Positions 30,908 through 41,957 of a stretch of DNA of 61,044 nt are shown here, piece after piece. The notes beneath the pieces are model-generated. The model had not been told where the DNA came from and ran no database searches. It worked only from the letters and a program-made list of their open reading frames with translations. Each line of letters starts with the position of its first letter. The stretch's first letter is position 1. Source of the stretch: Cyanophyceae cyanobacterium (GTDB lineage Bacteria > Cyanobacteriota > Cyanobacteriia > Cyanobacteriales > Laspinemataceae); assembly GCA_038321985.1 (NCBI GenBank), contig JBBQFN010000031.1:1-61044 (forward strand), read 5' to 3'. The translations under genes were made by a program, and so were the position numbers.

Positions 30908-31816
30908 ATGCAAACTTATCCCCCGACCCCCACCTTGGAGAAATCACCGGGTCCGCAAACCCTGGGCGAAAACTCGTCTCCGGTGGCACCGATTGAAATC
31001 ACCTACTATACCGACCCCCTCTGTTCCTGGAGTTGGGCTGTGGAACCCCAGTGGCGACGCTTACGTTACGAGTTTGGCGATCGCCTGGTTTGTCGCTATT
31101 CAATGGGGGGACTCCTTCCCGATTGGCAGCAGTTTAGCGACCCCCTGAACCATATTTCCCGACCTATACAAATGGGTCCCGTGTGGATCCAGGTCCGCCA
31201 TCTGACGGGAATGCCCATTGATGAGAAAATCTGGGTGCACAACCCCCCTACCTCCTCTTATCCGGCCTGTATAGCCGTTAAAGCTGCCGAACAACAAGGA
31301 CCTGTGGCAGGGGAGCATTATTTACGCCGCCTGCGCGAGGCGGTGATGCTGGAAGGCCGAAATATTGCTCAGAGAGAGGTTTTACTGAAACTAGCAACCG
31401 AATTAAACCCCGAAATCGGCTTTGAGTGCGATCGCTTCGAGAGAGATTTGGACAATCCCGAGAGTGTAGATGCCTTCCGCCAGGACCTAAAAGAAATGCG
31501 CTATCGGGGCATCGCCCGGTTTCCCAGCTTAATCCTGCGTCAGAACTCCGGACGATCGCTACTGATGATGGGCTATCGGCCCTATTCTGTCCTGCGAGAG
31601 GCACTCGCCCAAATTGCGCCGGATCTCGAACCCCTGCGATCGGCTACAGATGCGATCGCCTACGTCACCCACTGGGAAACCGTCACTGTTCCCGAAGTCG
31701 CCACCGCCCTCAATCTCAATGTAGAGGCAGCGAAAACCATTCTGAATGAAGCCGTCAACCAGGGACAACTGGAAAAGTCCGGTCACCTCTATGGAAAAAA
31801 AGGGCGACTCGCTTAA
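30908..31816 (+). CDS. DsbA/FrnE-like thioredoxin-fold protein (CxxS variant)
   Basis: YYTDPLCSWSW, SSYPACIAVKAAEQQG, GIARFPSL. Confidence 0.82.
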   Translation: MQTYPPTPTLEKSPGPQTLGENSSPVAPIEITYYTDPLCSWSWAVEPQWRRLRYEFGDRLVCRYSMGGLLPDWQQFSDPLNHISRPIQMGPVWIQVRHLTGMPIDEKIWVHNPPTSSYPACIAVKAAEQQGPVAGEHYLRRLREAVMLEGRNIAQREVLLKLATELNPEIGFECDRFERDLDNPESVDAFRQDLKEMRYRGIARFPSLILRQNSGRSLLMMGYRPYSVLREALAQIAPDLEPLRSATDAIAYVTHWETVTVPEVATALNLNVEAAKTILNEAVNQGQLEKSGHLYGKKGRLA

Positions 31817-33378
31817 AGGATAAACGGTTTGCCCGGGCGATCGCGCCATTTGTGGTGCGTTCGTTCTGAGATAAAGGGTTGCAACCGCAACTTTAGGGGA
31901 GACTGATCGAGGACATCGACGCGCAAAAACGAGTAGGGGCGCTGCTTTTGTGAACCCCGACCCGTACGACCCAAAAACAATTTTGAGCGGGCCACCAGGC
32001 GATCGCTCTCGGCTTCTAGGAACTGTTCTCTTAAATCGGGACCTTCTTCTCGCTGACGGCGCAAACTATATCCGCTACCTCCACAGACAATCCAATGAAT
32101 ATGGGAGTCCGCGTGTCCCGTATCTCCCGTCTCCAAATGCTCCAGACAGTGGGCGTGACCGCTAATTACCAGGTCTAGGAGGGGCCGTCCTTGGGTCTGA
32201 GGACCTAGCGCCTCAGCCACCTGATCTAAAACCCAGCGTAGTTGATGGCGAATTGCGAGGGTCTGCCCTTGATCCCACTTCGTTACTTCCGTCACATAGG
32301 GGGGATGGTGGAAATACACAATTCGTCCCCGGACCTCCTCTGTATTCCAGGATTGGATCAGCCGTTCTTTGAGCCAATTGAGCTGTTCAAAATCCGTAAC
32401 CGTTTTTTTGTCGGCTTTTAGCTGTTTCTCTATATCGAGTTTCGTCTCTTGGATCTGCTCTAATTTCGCTTCGATATCCTCGAGTTGTTCAGCTTCATCG
32501 GGGTTTTGTGGATTCAGTTTTTCCGATCGCGTGATGAGTTCGAGTTCCTGGAGTTCTAGCTGATCCCGGCGCTTTTCCAGCAAACGGCGGTAATTATTTC
32601 CTTCTTTAGTGTTGGGAAGGGGGGGTGGCGCATTAAAGGTATTGGAGTCTAGGGCAAAAAAGTCAATCCCACCATAGCGAAAGGTATAATACCGATTGGG
32701 TAAGCGGGTAAAGAGTCCGGGTTGGTATCGCAAACAGCGTCCGGTGTCAGTATTGGCTGTATAATGGCGATCGAGATGAGCGCCAAGCTGAAATTCGGGG
32801 ATATCCTGTCGGTAGTCGAGGAATGCTCGTGCGTAAGCCTTGCCTTGCTCGGAACCATGCCATCCTACATCCAGATTAAAGTGGCCCCGCAGCAGACGGC
32901 GTAGGGGTTGGGCGGCTTGGGCAAGCGCCCCGTAAAATAGAGAGAGGTCGTAGTAATCATGGTTACCCAGGACTGGGAGAATGGGCAGCTTAAACACCAT
33001 CTGGTTGTAGGCAATGAGATCGGGATGTTCTCCACCCACGATAAATTCTCGATAGGGTTCGATAAAGTTTTGGGAATAATACTCGCTAGAACCCACTAAA
33101 TAGATCACATCGCCGGTATGCAGAATAAACCGGCAGTTGTCCTGGTGTCGGACCATCTGTTTAGCGATTTGGCGTTGGGGGTTATTTTTGAGATGGCGTC
33201 CGGAACCGCTATCGCCGATCACTAAAAAAGAGAACTCACGATCGCTCGCTTTACCATCGTCCAACTCGAAGCGGGTGCGATCGATGCCTTTGGAAAGTAG
33301 CAGGGGATGTTGCGTACATAACCGTGCGTTCATTTTTTCGATTTTAAGCGCGATCGGCGGATCCGATATGAACTTCAT
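31813..33378 (-). CDS. Calcineurin-like metallophosphoesterase with coiled-coil insert
   Basis: IGDSG, HTGDVIY, GNHDYY, FHHPPY, SGHAH, CGGSG. Confidence 0.88.
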   Translation of the reverse strand: MKFISDPPIALKIEKMNARLCTQHPLLLSKGIDRTRFELDDGKASDREFSFLVIGDSGSGRHLKNNPQRQIAKQMVRHQDNCRFILHTGDVIYLVGSSEYYSQNFIEPYREFIVGGEHPDLIAYNQMVFKLPILPVLGNHDYYDLSLFYGALAQAAQPLRRLLRGHFNLDVGWHGSEQGKAYARAFLDYRQDIPEFQLGAHLDRHYTANTDTGRCLRYQPGLFTRLPNRYYTFRYGGIDFFALDSNTFNAPPPLPNTKEGNNYRRLLEKRRDQLELQELELITRSEKLNPQNPDEAEQLEDIEAKLEQIQETKLDIEKQLKADKKTVTDFEQLNWLKERLIQSWNTEEVRGRIVYFHHPPYVTEVTKWDQGQTLAIRHQLRWVLDQVAEALGPQTQGRPLLDLVISGHAHCLEHLETGDTGHADSHIHWIVCGGSGYSLRRQREEGPDLREQFLEAESDRLVARSKLFLGRTGRGSQKQRPYSFLRVDVLDQSPLKLRLQPFISERTHHKWRDRPGKPFIL

Positions 33379-33528
33379 AACTCCTTATTCCTTAAAGTAT
33401 TTATAGAACTTCTGCGGTTCTGATCGTAATCCCTTGCACCCCACAAGTACATCCATCCCTCTATAGAAGCACGCTATATTTTCTCACCCCGCAAATTTCC
33501 GGACCAGGCTAAAGGGGGCTAAAGGGTC

Positions 33529-33770
33529 TGATGGTAGGCGATCCGTTCACCCTACTCGGTACAATCAACCCAGACCGATTGGCGTAATTGTAGCCAGTTG
33601 CCTGGGCATTTTTTACCGCCAAGACTTCCACTGGATCTCCAGATTGAGTATTTTTTATGGCAGGTCCCTGATCTGGTCGAAGGGTGCTTGCCTTCCCCTG
33701 TCAATGGGTAAGCCCTGATGGTGAAGAAATTCATCCCGGGGGGATTGATTACTCAAGGTTATACTGTAAA
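33529..33770 (+). repeat. Direct repeat X (242 bp), left boundary of the duplicated locus
   Basis: Aligns to 52903-53277 with 8 mismatches by eye, apart from a 133-bp insertion in the second copy. Confidence 0.95.
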
Positions 33771-34925
33771 TTGGATCGTAATAGCGTTTAACTGGCTCCC
33801 ACATCTCCCCGGATAGAGGGGAATTTTATGGAGATTTTGTCATGCCTTGGAGATATGAAACCCTTGAAGAATAAAGGCTTCCATGAAATTTAACGGCTGT
33901 AAGATGCCAAGAGGGTTTTTACCGTCTTGACTTTTTCTCTACGGGCTGTTAACAATGTTTTTGTGTTTTTATACAAGCTATAGCAACATATTGCGGATTA
34001 AGCAAGGAGGAATCACAATCTAAATAAGCAGCGCGTGTCCCACAAGGGTGAAAGGATAAAACCTACATTCCTCAGGTTAGATCGGGTCCTAACGAATTTA
34101 GGAGGTTTGAGCCTCTGTTGAATACCCTGATTTAACCTTTACTAGAAATTATTCTTAATAAGTCACCCAAATTTTTTCTGCCGGTTTTAAGGCAATAACG
34201 CTTATTGGGGTAAATACTTTAGGCTTTAAAGGCCCCAAAGTATAGTGATATGGGTGGCGGGCGCAAGCCCGGAGAGGATGCCCTAGAGGCTAATTTTGCC
34301 AAAAGTGCCGGAAGTAAGACAACTTGATTGCCTACAGCTGCGTAAGTTCCAATTTATATTCGAGCTGTAATAGGTTAATGGATGAATTGACCGTTTTACG
34401 TTGAGTGTCGGAATTCGTGTAGCGGTTTTAAGGCTCAGAAACTTTATCAAAACTTCTTAAAAGTGTCCTAGAGACTGTGATAAAGTTTGACCTGTCAATC
34501 CTATCTTGTTTTAGGATATAGGGAAAATATGGGGCGAGTTATCTTGTCGGTTAGTACAGTGAATGCTGTGGAATCAAAAAGTGGCTCTCCTTTTTTTCTA
34601 AGAAGACACAACGTCGATTACTGGTAATCAATCTTAATAGTCGAACACATTTTCTTTCCTCGCCTAGGGAGCGAAGAGAGAGAGGGGAATAAGGGCTTTC
34701 TCCTTTTACAGGGAAGAATTCATAAACATTTAGGGGGATCCATTGTGGGGCGATAATTTCCAGAAAATTCTGGGAAGAGTGCCTCAAGGGATTGACCATT
34801 GAGGGATGATGCTTGTCCACCCCTAGATTGATCTAGGGAAACAGTGAAACCTGGTCTCTAGGTAACTGAGGGTAATAATCCGATGAGTTACAGCATTCCA
34901 AAAAGGAAGGAGTTCAGACTAAGGT

Positions 34926-36143
34926 ATGAGCAAGCCAGTGTTGACAATTTTTTATCAATTTAATCCGTGGCAGAGCAGTATTGGTGGCATTCAAACTGTT
35001 ATCCGTTCTTTTATTAAATATGCTCCGAATGAATTCGATCTTAGGGTCGTAGGAACCGGCTTGCCGGGATCTGCTGTCGGGGTATGGAAATCGATGGAAT
35101 ATGCAGGAAGGCCGATTCAATTTATGCCAGTGATCACAGTAGGCGAGGATAATGTCAGGAAGTTGATCCCGACGACAATCGCCTATGGAGCAGCCTTGCT
35201 CCGTCAGAATTGCGCCTCAGATTTCATGCATTTTCACCGCATAGAACCCACTTTAGCCAGCCTCAAGTGGGCGGGGGATAAAACCCTTTTTATTCACAAC
35301 GATATCCGCAAGCAAATGGATCGCAATTTGGGGAAAAATTCGATTCTGTGGCAGCGGGTTCCAGGGGTCTATTTTGCCCTAGAAAAGTTATTAATTAGAC
35401 AATTTGAACAGGTGTATTCCTGTAACAGCGAATCGGCGCAGCATTATCGGGAAGCTTATCCTGAATCAGCCGATCGCGTCGCTTTTTTAAAAAATGGAGT
35501 CGATCCGGAAAATTTTTATCCGGAGAGTGCCGAAAAACGCGAAATCAAACGCCGGGAACTGGCCCAAGAATTGGGGCTAGGAGAAACGGTGCGATTCCTA
35601 TTATTTGCCGGTCGATTGCATCCGCAAAAAGACCCGGTATTAGGCATTCAGGCGATCGCAGCTTTGGCTGACCCCCAAGTGCATTTGCTGATTGCTGGAG
35701 CCGGAGAGTTAGAGGAACAGGTGCGACAGGAGATCCAAGCGTTGAACTTGGGCGATCGCGTGACCCTACTCGGTGCTGTCAACTCGGACCGATTAGCTCA
35801 ACTCTATCGCGCAGCCAGTGCCTTTTTGCTCAGTAGTGTCTATGAAGGGCTACCCGTCACCGTACTCGAAGCCCTTGCTTGCGGCACTCCTGTGGTGACA
35901 ACCGACTGTGGTGAAACTCCTAAACTGCTTTCGGCAGATAGTGGGGTAGTCTGCAAAGAAAGAACAGCCTCAGCGATCGCCGAGGCATTGAGGCGAGTCC
36001 TGGCGAATCCGGACCTATATTCTTCAGAGGCTTGTGTGCGAACGGTGCAACCTTATAGTGCACCGAGTATAGTCCAGGAAGTCTATAGCCAAATGCTACA
36101 CCGTTGGCAGTCCCCCAGGGCGCTCACAAGATCTTCACCCTAA
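34926..36143 (+). CDS. Glycosyltransferase family 4
   Basis: LFAGRLHPQKDP, YEGLPVTVLEALACGTPVV. Confidence 0.92.
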   Translation: MSKPVLTIFYQFNPWQSSIGGIQTVIRSFIKYAPNEFDLRVVGTGLPGSAVGVWKSMEYAGRPIQFMPVITVGEDNVRKLIPTTIAYGAALLRQNCASDFMHFHRIEPTLASLKWAGDKTLFIHNDIRKQMDRNLGKNSILWQRVPGVYFALEKLLIRQFEQVYSCNSESAQHYREAYPESADRVAFLKNGVDPENFYPESAEKREIKRRELAQELGLGETVRFLLFAGRLHPQKDPVLGIQAIAALADPQVHLLIAGAGELEEQVRQEIQALNLGDRVTLLGAVNSDRLAQLYRAASAFLLSSVYEGLPVTVLEALACGTPVVTTDCGETPKLLSADSGVVCKERTASAIAEALRRVLANPDLYSSEACVRTVQPYSAPSIVQEVYSQMLHRWQSPRALTRSSP

Positions 36144-36401
36144 CCCGGTTAATATCAAAATCAACCCTAAATCAGCAATGATCACCCTAATTTTAGGAGA
36201 TTAGCATTGGATTTTATTCAGTGTGGAAACTCCGATTAATTGCCTTCCCCCCTTGCATTTTACCACTCCATTAGGAAAACTCCAAACCATAAAATCTTCT
36301 ATTCAATACCCTTAAGGACAAGACTTGTGCGGTGTCCCTCGGGTTAACTGGAAAAATTTTATTTTGGAGTTCACGCATATACTCCTCCACTATTTAAACC
36401 C

Positions 36402-37693
36402 ATGAAAATAGCTGTTGTTGGTGCAAAAGGTTTACCAGCCCTCCAAGGTGGCATTGAACGTTACTGTGAAGAAATGTATCCGGGAATGGTTGAGCAAGGT
36501 CATACGGTAGACTTGTTCGCTCGCCAGAGCTATACCCAAAGTTCCAACTTTGGAACCCATTACTATAAGGGAGTGCGCGTGATCTCCTTGCCTTCGATTC
36601 CCTTAAAAGGAGTGGATGCCTTCTTTGCTTCAGGATTGGGGGCGATCGCCTCCATCCTGAACACTTATGATGTGGTGCATTTTCACGCCCTCGGCCCTGC
36701 CATCTTTTGCTGGCTCCCCAAACTGACTCGATCCGCAAGAGTGGTAGTCACCTGTCATGGACTGGATTGGCAGCGAAGTAAGTGGGGCAAACTTTCCAGT
36801 GAGATGATCTATCGAGGGGAAAGAGCCGCAGTACGTTTTGCGGACGAAATCGTAGTTGTTTCCAAAGAACTGCAATCTTACTTTTGGAAGACCTACGGCA
36901 TCGAGACCAGCTACATTCCCACTGCTCCGGCCACCTATCTCGAATCAGACCCCAGTTTACCCTATTTGACCACCTTGGGGTTAGAACCTCAGCGTTACAT
37001 TTTGTTCTTAGGCCGGTTGGTTCCGGAAAAGCGTCCGGATCTGCTCCTCAAAGCCTTTCTAAAACTGCAACCTCCGGGGTGGGGGGAGCCAGCGATACCC
37101 CTACGTTCCGGGAGGAGCTAGTCCAGATCACCCAGGGAAATCGCCACATTATCTTTACCGGGGAAATTCACGGTCAGTCTGTATCAGAGATTGTTCGCGG
37201 GGCCGGACTGTTCGTTCTCCCGTCCGATGTCGAAGGCTTGCCCTTAGTGATGCTAGAAGCCATGCGGGAAAAAATTCCGGTCCTAGCGAGTAATATCCCC
37301 CCCCATCGGCAACTTATTGGAGAGGACCGGGGATTGCTATTTGAAGCGAGCAATCTCGAATCCTGTATCCAAGGGCTGAATCAGGCCCTCTCCCAACCGG
37401 AACAACTGGTAGCAATGGCTTCTCGGGCGCAAGACTATGTTAAACAGAACCATAGCTGGGATCGGATAGGCTTCGAGAATTTATCCCTGTATGCGAAGAT
37501 TAGCAAGAAACTCAGAACAGTGGACCAGTTAAACAGAGTGCCGGTAGCAACCGAAACCCAGGAACTGGCTCCTGAGCCCAAATGGACTGGAGTTAAGCTG
37601 CCCATGAATGTTCCTTTAACGAACGTAACAGAGGAAGTGCTTCCCCTGTCTACCCGTTGTCAAGAGGGAGTAGTTGCATCACATCCGGACTGA
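36402..37693 (+). pseudogene. Glycosyltransferase family 4, frameshifted near 37080
   Basis: N-half MKIAVVGAKGLPALQGGIERYCEE...LFLGRLVPEKRPD; C-half GGASDT...FVLPSDVEGLPLVMLEAM in another frame; junction at CCGGGGTGGGGGGAGCC. Confidence 0.88.
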
Positions 37694-37817
37694 TACAGAA
37701 TCCGGTTTTTAAAGGTCGATAACAACCCGCACCCGTCAACGGTGGGGAGGAAAGCAGCCGAAGCCCGCCTACGCAGGCTGCGGAGAGAAAACCGACTTTT
37801 AACAACCGGATTTGGTA
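37694..37817. mobile_element. MITE with IS630-related terminal inverted repeats
   Basis: Ends TACAGAATCCGGTTTTTAAAGGTCG and CGACTTTTAACAACCGGATTTGGTA; flanked by TGA and TCA; ends match the IS at 51549-52902. Confidence 0.8.
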
Positions 37818-38206
37818 TCAAACACCCCAAGGAGCAAACATCATGGGCAAACTCGGATCATGTCCCAGGGGTGAGTATTCCTTGGTCAGGAGGTTAAACT
37901 CAGTTTGTGAAATTTTAATAAAGAATTAAAAGGAAAAAACATAAAGATTATAATGAGAAAGATTCAGTCCAAAAATCAATCGGAGATCTTCTGAATTAAA
38001 CTAAGTTTTGGCCTCATAATTGGGCTGATATTTTGAGTGATTTTTCGGGGCCAGGGTTAACTAATTCAAGGAGATAGGGACCGGTGAGCAAATACTAGAG
38101 GTTAATAGAGTGCTCAATGATTAGAGAATTAGGTAAAACCGATAGAGTCAGAGCCGGTAAAACTCGAAAGCGAGTCCCAGATAAATAAGGATAATGACTC
38201 GATAGA

Positions 38207-40459
38207 ATGACTGGAAATAATGACTCGATAAATTGGGGTGTCATGGACAAAAGCCTTACAATGTTACTGTCAGTTTTGCGGCGACGGAGTGTCCCGGCCT
38301 TAGCAACCTTTGTGTCAGCAATCGCCGTGGCGATCGCCTATTTAGTAGTGACCCCCCCGGTTTATGAAGTCAAAGGACGGCTGATTTTAGATGAAAAACA
38401 GGTGAGTGTCTCGGAACTTGGCCGTAACCTGTCCCAGCTTTCCAGTCATACCCCCGGAGGGTCAAGCCCCCTGGCGACTCAAACGGAACTGATTAAATCT
38501 CCTGGATGGCTCACGGCTGCCCTAGAGCGAGTGAAATTAGAACAGAATCTGGGAGAGGTCAAAGCATTACCCCCCTTATCTCTATTTAAGAAAGGCTTAA
38601 AAATAAAACTGATTCCAGCGACGAATATCATGGAAATCAGCTATGAAGGTGAAGATCCAGAAATCGCGATGAATCTGGTTAATAGTTTATTAGAAATTAC
38701 CGTTAAAAAAAGCCGGGAAGCGATTCAAATAGAGGCCAAAGCGATTCGAGACTTTTTAGAATCAGCGCTTCCAGAACAGCGGGCGATCGCAGAAGCGGCA
38801 GAGATTGCATTAAACCAGTATCGAGAAGAAAGTGGTTTAGTGGCAGTGGAGGCTCAAACGAAAAGTCTGCTGGATATTATTGCAGCAATTCAGCAAGAGG
38901 AAAGTATGACGGTAGCCGAACTGGAAGCAGCGCAAAAGCGTCTGGAAAGTATCCAGGAAATCGGAGGGTTTGAGAATATTCCAGAGGCTTATGCCCAGGG
39001 AAGAATCGGACAAGATGAAAGTCTGAAAAAGTTACGCGATCGCCTCAGTGAAATTGAGGCGGAACTGATTCAGGCAAGCGCTCGATTTACAGAGCAACAT
39101 CCAGCCGTGCAATTGCTGCGTCAAGAACAGAACGAAGTGCGATCGCAGTACGAAACTCAAAAAGCGAGAATTCCTAATGCTCAAGGCAGCCTGGGGGCAG
39201 TCGCCACAGAATCCAACGACCCCCTTAGCCAAGATATCACCGGGAAATTAATCATAGCTGAAACGGAACGAGGCGCACTAGAAAAGAAACTACAGGGATT
39301 GCGATCGCAGCGGATCGGCCTGCAACTGGAAATGGACCGCCTCCCAATTAAGGAACAAGAACTGTCGGCCCTGATGCGAGGGCGAGATGAGGCGATCGAG
39401 TCTTTAAACTTTTTACAAAACAAGCTGTCAGAAGCGCGGATTGCAGAAGCACAACTCGTGAGCAACCTCCGGATCATGGAAACAGGGACGCTCCCATTTT
39501 CGCCCACGGGTCCTAACAAAAAAGTTATTTTAGTCCTGGCGATCGCCGCCGGAACCGTCCTGGGAATCTCCCTAATGCTACTCCTAGAAATCATTGATCC
39601 CCGAGTGAATGAAAGCTGGGAAGTCGAAGGATTGCTCAATCTCCCCCTATTAGGTATCCTGCCGGACATCTCACCCGAGGCGATCGCCCTGACAAACCCC
39701 GACCACTTTTTAGACAACGTAAAGTTGGTTGAACCCTACCGCCTCCTCCTAAAAACCTTAGAGTTTCAGACCCAGAATAACCTACGCCCGATTATCGTCA
39801 GCAGCACCGTTGCTGGGGAAGGAAAATCTGTAGTAGCGTCCCACTTAGGCGCAGTGGCTGCCATGCTATCTCGGCGAACTTTAATTATCGATGCGGACCT
39901 CCATCAACCGAGTCAGCACCAACTTTGTGGAGTCGCTGCCCAACCGGGACTGACCGATGCGATTACCCATGCCATCAGTTTAGTAGAGATAGTCCAACCC
40001 ACAGCGATTGAAAACCTGTGGGTCCTGAGTTGTGGGGTTCACAAAGCGCGTCCCGCAGGGTTCTTAGAATCTCCGGCAATGCAAGCTCTATTACTAGAAG
40101 CAGCCTCCCTGTATGACGTGGTAATTGTGGACACCCCCCCTTTAATTGACTGTGCCGATGCCCATGCTTTGAGCGAACACAGTCAGGGATTCGTGGCGAT
40201 CGTTCGACCGCAATTTACCCAAAAATCACTCTTAGTCAAATCCATCGCCTATTTACAAAACAATGGTATCCCCGTCTTGGGATTTGCCATCGATCAGATG
40301 AGTGCAAAAACAGAAAAATCCTATCAGAAGGCCGTTGCCAAATCAGCAGGCCCCGCCCACTCTTGGGAAAATCAGGCCCGCAAAAAACCCCATCTCACAG
40401 ACTGGAAGCCACAGACCCCTCCTCTTGTCTCCAAAGGGTTAAAAAATGGCAAGCTCTAA
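38207..40459 (+). CDS. wzc: Polysaccharide co-polymerase / tyrosine autokinase (GumC/Wzc family)
   Basis: Two TM segments flanking a coiled coil; cytoplasmic SSTVAGEGKS, IIDADLHQP, VIVDTPP. Confidence 0.9.
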   Translation: MTGNNDSINWGVMDKSLTMLLSVLRRRSVPALATFVSAIAVAIAYLVVTPPVYEVKGRLILDEKQVSVSELGRNLSQLSSHTPGGSSPLATQTELIKSPGWLTAALERVKLEQNLGEVKALPPLSLFKKGLKIKLIPATNIMEISYEGEDPEIAMNLVNSLLEITVKKSREAIQIEAKAIRDFLESALPEQRAIAEAAEIALNQYREESGLVAVEAQTKSLLDIIAAIQQEESMTVAELEAAQKRLESIQEIGGFENIPEAYAQGRIGQDESLKKLRDRLSEIEAELIQASARFTEQHPAVQLLRQEQNEVRSQYETQKARIPNAQGSLGAVATESNDPLSQDITGKLIIAETERGALEKKLQGLRSQRIGLQLEMDRLPIKEQELSALMRGRDEAIESLNFLQNKLSEARIAEAQLVSNLRIMETGTLPFSPTGPNKKVILVLAIAAGTVLGISLMLLLEIIDPRVNESWEVEGLLNLPLLGILPDISPEAIALTNPDHFLDNVKLVEPYRLLLKTLEFQTQNNLRPIIVSSTVAGEGKSVVASHLGAVAAMLSRRTLIIDADLHQPSQHQLCGVAAQPGLTDAITHAISLVEIVQPTAIENLWVLSCGVHKARPAGFLESPAMQALLLEAASLYDVVIVDTPPLIDCADAHALSEHSQGFVAIVRPQFTQKSLLVKSIAYLQNNGIPVLGFAIDQMSAKTEKSYQKAVAKSAGPAHSWENQARKKPHLTDWKPQTPPLVSKGLKNGKL

Positions 40460-41957
40460 ACCCCCCCCAATTGGTTGGTATCTAACGGTTTTCGGAACCC
40501 TGGCCGGGGTAGCCCTCGGAGCAATGGGGACGGTGATCGGAATCATTCAACCCATTTTACTGGCGTTACCCTTTGTTGCTGCTGGTGGGGTGTATTGCTT
40601 TTTTACCTATTTCGAGGTATCGATTCTGGGTTTATTGATTGTGCGGACCTCCCTTGATGTATTTTCCGCACAACAAATGCCCGCACTCTGGGCATTGGGC
40701 ATGATTGCCCTGACGTTACTCTATGTTCTAGTCCGGCTGCTGATTCACAAACCGTTACAGGTGGATGGCTTCTGGTGGTTCCTCCTGGCATGGCTGCTCC
40801 TGCAAGGGTTGTGGGTCATCCTCCTCCCCCTGGGCGGTTTGGGATTCGATGGCTGGGCTTTATCCTACGCTATTCGGGAATGGGTGCGAATTTTTTCCTG
40901 GGTGATGATCTACTTGTTAGTGATGCAGCTTAAGGGTCGGGTGACTCCCCAACAGGCGATCGCTTGTCTGTTTCTGGGGTTAGTGATGCCTGCTTTTGTG
41001 GCTATATTACAACTGGCCCTACCCCCTGGAGTCCTTCCTCCGATGTTAGTTTATGGAGCCGGTAATGTCGAAGGCCTGCCTTTTGAAGCCGGTTCTCGAA
41101 TTAATGGCACCCTAGGCCATCCCAATACTTTTACCACCTTCCTGGTGCTATTCCTGGGATTAACCTATTGGAAACAGCAGGAGTCTACTCCTAGATGGCC
41201 CTGGGCGATCGCCCTCGCGGTGATCGCGTTTTTGTTCGTGAATACCAAATCTTTATTCGGCTTAATGATGCTGGCCACTTTAATTGTGGCCTTGATTGCC
41301 CCAAAATTGAGTCTGCCGAGTTTGTTGGGTGGCATCCTTGGCTTTGGACTGATTATTGGTTTATTTGGGAGTACCGAATTTGGACAGGAACGCCTGGGTT
41401 CCCTGGGAGAAACCCCTCTCGGAAATCCAGACATGGAGCTTTGGCGGGCAATTCTCCTGGCCCAAGGAGATGGGAATAGCTTCAATTGGCGTTTAGCCCA
41501 ATGGACTTATTTAATCGGACAATGGCAGGATTATCCTTTATTAGGATTTGGACTGGGGACCAACAAATATATTAGTGCCAATGGTCTTGAACCTCATAAC
41601 GATTATGTTCGCGCTCTTGTGGAAGGCGGAATTGTGGGGTTTATGCTTTTTTTGCTGTTGATAATCATCACAATGGCACGCCTCACCTGGTTAATTCGAG
41701 CCGCTCCTTCAGGCAGTTCTCAGCGCAAATTTTGCTTCACTTTGTTGGCAATTTGGCTCTCGATTCCGGTGGGAATGATTACAGAGAATATCTGGACCCA
41801 TACTACCCTATTTTTATACTGGTGGGCTGTAGTTGCCATTGCCGGTTGGGATTGGGATGAGAAGCAGTCGCCACCTCTATTAGTTGCCTCTACGACTTTT
41901 CCTCCCCCCGAACCCTTGTCCCCTGTACCTTTCTTAGGAGACCATCCCCATGCCTAA
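40446..41957 (+). CDS. O-antigen ligase / Wzy polymerase family protein
   Basis: Multi-TM; RINGTLGHPN, SFNWRLAQW, PLLGFGLG, PHNDYVRALVEGG. Confidence 0.88.
   Translation: MASSKPPPIGWYLTVFGTLAGVALGAMGTVIGIIQPILLALPFVAAGGVYCFFTYFEVSILGLLIVRTSLDVFSAQQMPALWALGMIALTLLYVLVRLLIHKPLQVDGFWWFLLAWLLLQGLWVILLPLGGLGFDGWALSYAIREWVRIFSWVMIYLLVMQLKGRVTPQQAIACLFLGLVMPAFVAILQLALPPGVLPPMLVYGAGNVEGLPFEAGSRINGTLGHPNTFTTFLVLFLGLTYWKQQESTPRWPWAIALAVIAFLFVNTKSLFGLMMLATLIVALIAPKLSLPSLLGGILGFGLIIGLFGSTEFGQERLGSLGETPLGNPDMELWRAILLAQGDGNSFNWRLAQWTYLIGQWQDYPLLGFGLGTNKYISANGLEPHNDYVRALVEGGIVGFMLFLLLIIITMARLTWLIRAAPSGSSQRKFCFTLLAIWLSIPVGMITENIWTHTTLFLYWWAVVAIAGWDWDEKQSPPLLVASTTFPPPEPLSPVPFLGDHPHA

Noticed and set aside
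34551..34820. 89-aa minus-strand ORF in the cluster A leader
   Set aside because: No motif or RBS support; lies antisense in the probable promoter region.
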